From Vicinamibacteria bacterium (GTDB taxonomy: Bacteria > Acidobacteriota > Vicinamibacteria > Vicinamibacterales > JAENWD01), in the NCBI GenBank assembly GCA_963837165.1, contig CAWIMD010000002.1:903029-967028 (forward strand): a stretch of DNA of 64,000 nucleotides, in the 5' to 3' direction. Positions 61,248-64,000 of this stretch are shown piece by piece. Position 1 is the stretch's first letter, and each line of letters opens with the position of its first letter. The translations under genes were made by a program, and so were the position numbers. The notes beneath the pieces were generated by a model. It worked only from the letters and a program-made list of their open reading frames with translations. It searched no databases and was not told where the DNA came from.

Positions 61248-62174
61248 TCAGCGAATGGAGCTCATCGCGTCGGTGATCTGCTGTGCCAGGGCCACGGCCC
61301 GGCGCCCGTCCTCGCCGGGCACGCCCGGTGTGCCGCGGGCGGCCACCGCCGCCACGAAATCCTCGAGCTCGACGGCCAGCGGCTCGGCGCGCTGCACGGG
61401 GACCACGCCGCCCTGGATGGCCGGCATGCCGGCCGGCGGCCGCACCAGGCGCCACACCTCGAGCTCCTGGGCGGCACAGTCCACCGACACGTACGAGTCG
61501 GTCTGGAAGAAGCGGATCTTGCGCGTGCGCTCGCGGCTGATGCGGCTTGCGGTCAGGTTCGCGATGCAGCCCGATTCGAACCGCAGCCGCACGTTGGCAA
61601 TGTCGATGCGCGGCGTGAGCACCGGCACGCCCACGGCGTCGATGCCCGTCACCGGCGACTGGACGACCGACAGGATCAGATCGAGATCGTGGATCATGAG
61701 GTCGAACACGACGTCGATGTCGAGGCTGCGGTCCGGGAACGTCCCGAGCCGGTGCACCTCGATGAACCGGGGCGATCCGAGCAGCGGCCGCGCTGCACGA
61801 ATCGCAGGGTTGAAGCGCTCGGTGTGGCCCACGGCCAGGACGGCGCCCCCCGACCGCGCGATCTCGATGAGCGCATCGGCCTCGACGAGCGACCGGCTGA
61901 GCGGCTTCTCGATCAATACGCCAATCCCGCGTCTGAGGAGCGGCCCTGCCACTTCGGCGTGTGATTCGGTGGGCGTGGCCACCACGACCCCCTCCACCTG
62001 CCCCGGCAGATCGCACGCGTCGAGCACGCGGGTGCCCACCGTCTCGGCAATCTCGGCCGCCCGCGCCTGGTTCAGATCGACGATGCCCGCGAGCTCCACG
62101 CCGGGCATGGCGGCAAGCAGCCGCGCATGATGGCGCCCCAGGTGCCCGACTCCGATGACCGCGCAGCGCACCAT
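61248..62174 (-). CDS. Gfo/Idh/MocA-family NAD(P)-dependent oxidoreductase
   Basis: 308 aa from ATG 62174 (MVRCAVIGVGHLGRHHARLL; the TTG 62189 start in the track lies inside the heptamer array). EKPL motif (VLIEKPLSRS). Confidence 0.8.
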   Translation of the reverse strand: MVRCAVIGVGHLGRHHARLLAAMPGVELAGIVDLNQARAAEIAETVGTRVLDACDLPGQVEGVVVATPTESHAEVAGPLLRRGIGVLIEKPLSRSLVEADALIEIARSGGAVLAVGHTERFNPAIRAARPLLGSPRFIEVHRLGTFPDRSLDIDVVFDLMIHDLDLILSVVQSPVTGIDAVGVPVLTPRIDIANVRLRFESGCIANLTASRISRERTRKIRFFQTDSYVSVDCAAQELEVWRLVRPPAGMPAIQGGVVPVQRAEPLAVELEDFVAAVAARGTPGVPGEDGRRAVALAQQITDAMSSIR

Positions 62175-62180
62175 GCGTTC

Positions 62181-62212
62181 AATCGTCAATCGTCAATGGT
62201 CAATGGTCAATG
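62181..62212. repeat. solo heptamer array: aatcgtc x2, aatggtc x2, aatg
   Basis: Same unit as at 58173 and 63102. Contains the lpxI stop codon (62200-62202). Confidence 0.88.
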
Positions 62213-63033
62213 CCCATCGCGTGCCTGCCCACCAGCGCAATCCCGGCACTGTCGGCCGCGTCGATGACGGCCGGGCCGTCGATGAGCAGCGTCTTGCCTG
62301 CGTCGACCGAGAGCGCGGTCGCACCGGTCTCGCGCATTACCTCGATCGTGGCGCGTCCGACGACCGGGACGTCGAAGCGCATATCCTGATGCGGCTTGGC
62401 GACCTTCACGACCCGCGTGCCGGGCCCGGCCAGCGCGCCGGCCCGTCGGATCATCGCGTCGGTGCCTTCCATCGCCTCCACCGCCACGACGGCGCCATCC
62501 CGCACGGCGATGCACTGGCCGACGTCGAGGCCGGCAATGGCGTCCGCCATGCGGTAGCCGAAGGCGAAGTCGGCGGTCTCTTCCGGCGTCGGTGCGCGGC
62601 GTCCCAACGTGCCGGCGCCTGCCAGCAGCGGCGCCAGAAGCGCCGTGGAATCCACGAGCTCGATGCCATGGTCCGCGAGCACGCCGGCCACGGCCGCGAT
62701 CAGCGCGTCGGTGTTGCGCGCCTTCAGCTTCCGCAGTACCGACAGCAGCGTGAGATCCGGCAGGATGCCGGAGAAGATCTTGACGTGCTCGACCTGCCCG
62801 GCCATCACGGCGCGCCGCACGCCAGCCGCCTCCAGGATGCGGATGCACGTTCCGAGCTGCCCGAGGGACACCCAGTGCAGCGCGGCGCGCGGTTCGCGCG
62901 CGGCGGCCTCTGCCAGCTCGGGGAACGCCTCTTCCTTCACGGCGACGACCGTCACGTCGTATCCCTGCGCCCGCGCGGCGTCGAGCACCAGGAACGGGAA
63001 CCGGCCGTTGCCGGCAATCAGGCCCAGATGCAT
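62200..63033 (-). CDS. lpxI: UDP-2,3-diacylglucosamine pyrophosphatase LpxI (DUF1009)
   Basis: 277 aa from ATG 63033 ([14 protein letters not shown]; alternative ATG 63048 lies inside the hairpin arm). [51 protein letters not shown]. Confidence 0.85.
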   Translation of the reverse strand: MHLGLIAGNGRFPFLVLDAARAQGYDVTVVAVKEEAFPELAEAAAREPRAALHWVSLGQLGTCIRILEAAGVRRAVMAGQVEHVKIFSGILPDLTLLSVLRKLKARNTDALIAAVAGVLADHGIELVDSTALLAPLLAGAGTLGRRAPTPEETADFAFGYRMADAIAGLDVGQCIAVRDGAVVAVEAMEGTDAMIRRAGALAGPGTRVVKVAKPHQDMRFDVPVVGRATIEVMRETGATALSVDAGKTLLIDGPAVIDAADSAGIALVGRHAMGIDH

Positions 63034-63133
63034 TGACGATTTGGTCATTGACGATTGACGATTGGGATTCCGAGCTACTCCGGCCCTCGGCGCGACGACT
63101 CAATCGTCAATCGTCAATCGTCAATGACCAATG
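63031..63133. repeat. composite hairpin element of the same family as 58073-58253, with a 24-bp perfect inverted repeat
   Basis: TTGGTCATTGACGATTGACGATTG (63041-63064) is the exact reverse complement of 63108-63131, with a 43-nt loop. The loop shares CGAGGGC...CGGAGTA (minus-strand reading) with the core of the 58.1 kb element. Confidence 0.92.
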
Positions 63134-63991
63134 CTAGTCGTCGGCAACCATCTCCTCGGCGCGCCGCGTCGGCCGCCGGAGGATGACGCCGCGGGACGAG
63201 CTGCGGATGAAGTCCACGAGGTAGGCCACTTCCGGGCAGGCCAGCGCGACGTCCTGCTCGATCTCGTGCAGCGCGCGGCTCGTGTTCAGCCTCGAGACCA
63301 GCAGGTACCGATAGGCCCGCTTCAGCCGGCTCAGCGTGTCGTCGGAGAAGCCGCGCCGGATGAGGCCGATCGTGTTGAGCCCGTAGATCCGGGCGCGGTT
63401 GCCCACGGTCTTCGCGTACGGGAGCGCGTCCTTCGTCACGACCGAGTAGCCGCCGATGAACGCGTGCTCGCCGACCCGGCAGAACTGGTGCACGCCCGAG
63501 AAGGCCGAGATGGTGGCGAAGTCCTCCACCCAGACATGGCCGCCGAGCGTGGCCGCGTTGCCGAAGATCGTGTCGCTGCCGATCCGGCAATCGTGGGCGA
63601 CGTGCGCGTAGGCCATGAACAGGTTGCGATCGCCGATGCTCGTCAGCCGGCCGCCCATCTCGGTGCCCCGGTGAATCGTGACGAACTCCCGGAAGACGTT
63701 CCGGCGGCCGATCACCAGCCGCGTCGGCTCGCCGCGGTACTTCAGGTCCTGCGGCATCAGGCCGATCGAGGCAAACGGGAAAATCTGCGTCTCGTCGCCG
63801 ATCTCGGTGCAGCCATCCACCACGGCGGATGCGCCGATGCGGCAGTGGCGTCCGATCCGGACGTTCGGGCCGATCGTGGCGTAGGGCCCGACAACGGTCC
63901 CCTCGCCGATGACGGCGCCGGGCTGCACGATGGCGCGCGGATCGACCGCCGCGCCGGCCCGGACCTCCAGCAGGAGGTCGGCTTCGGCCAC
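63134..63991 (-). CDS. lpxA: acyl-ACP:UDP-GlcNAc O-acyltransferase
   Basis: 285 aa from GTG 63991 (9 nt from the window edge, so the start is not secure). Hexapeptide repeats (VDPRAIVQPGAVIGEGTVVGPYATIGPNVRIGRHCRIG), MAYAHVAHDCRIG, C-terminal helical domain. Confidence 0.92.
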   Translation of the reverse strand: MAEADLLLEVRAGAAVDPRAIVQPGAVIGEGTVVGPYATIGPNVRIGRHCRIGASAVVDGCTEIGDETQIFPFASIGLMPQDLKYRGEPTRLVIGRRNVFREFVTIHRGTEMGGRLTSIGDRNLFMAYAHVAHDCRIGSDTIFGNAATLGGHVWVEDFATISAFSGVHQFCRVGEHAFIGGYSVVTKDALPYAKTVGNRARIYGLNTIGLIRRGFSDDTLSRLKRAYRYLLVSRLNTSRALHEIEQDVALACPEVAYLVDFIRSSSRGVILRRPTRRAEEMVADD

Positions 63992-64000
63992 GACCTGGTC

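Overview
High-GC window (roughly 70% by eye, not computed), almost fully coding with about 55 genes. Most are core housekeeping genes. No BLAST or HMM search was possible, so every gene call rests on motifs read in the translations and on gene order.

Gene content, left to right:
- comEC (partial, absent from the ORF track), a secreted TPR-like protein, carA-carB
- a degenerate Ser/Thr kinase plus PEGA module, bshC, a class A PBP, an XdhC-family protein, a large membrane sulfatase-like protein
- CIRCE-hrcA-grpE-dnaJ-prmA-(aminopeptidase)-rsmE, a canonical Ser/Thr kinase, ilvE, pilT, recX, a di-haem peroxidase
- PadR plus a duplicated FtsX-type (ADOP) permease; this pairing suggests Acidobacteriota (inference)
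- alaS, an SLT transglycosylase, an HD-GYP-like protein, rpsT
- a ~28 kb uninterrupted minus-strand array: lpxA-lpxI-oxidoreductase, a futalosine-type menaquinone cluster, tonB-like, miaA-hfq, deoB-dgt, yceD-rpmF-plsX-fabD-fabG-acpP-fabF, etfBA, ETF-QO, DUF374, a deacetylase, leuS-lptE-holA

I found no transposase, integrase, prophage, CRISPR array, tRNA or rRNA gene, and no recognisable defence or toxin-antitoxin module. I see no protein-encoded novel system.

The unusual signals are non-coding or degenerate features:
1. A family of low-GC heptamer arrays (GATTGAC on the sense strand). Two of the three loci (58.1 and 63.1 kb) are long hairpin elements with a shared core; the third (62.2 kb) is a solo array. 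All sit at operon junctions.
2. Other 7-8 bp tandem repeats at the carA/carB and mqnA/radical-SAM junctions.
3. A 29-bp palindrome-containing repeat present three times, and therefore in frame, inside the deacetylase gene.
4. A cysteine-free paralogue of the radical-SAM MqnC/MqnE enzymes.
5. A predicted pseudokinase.
6. REP-like palindromes bracketing pilT, plus a hairpin that sequesters its Shine-Dalgarno sequence.
7. Three conserved genes (alaS, dgt, kinase/PEGA) that each carry exactly one extra nucleotide. This most likely reflects assembly indel errors and should temper all fine-scale claims.
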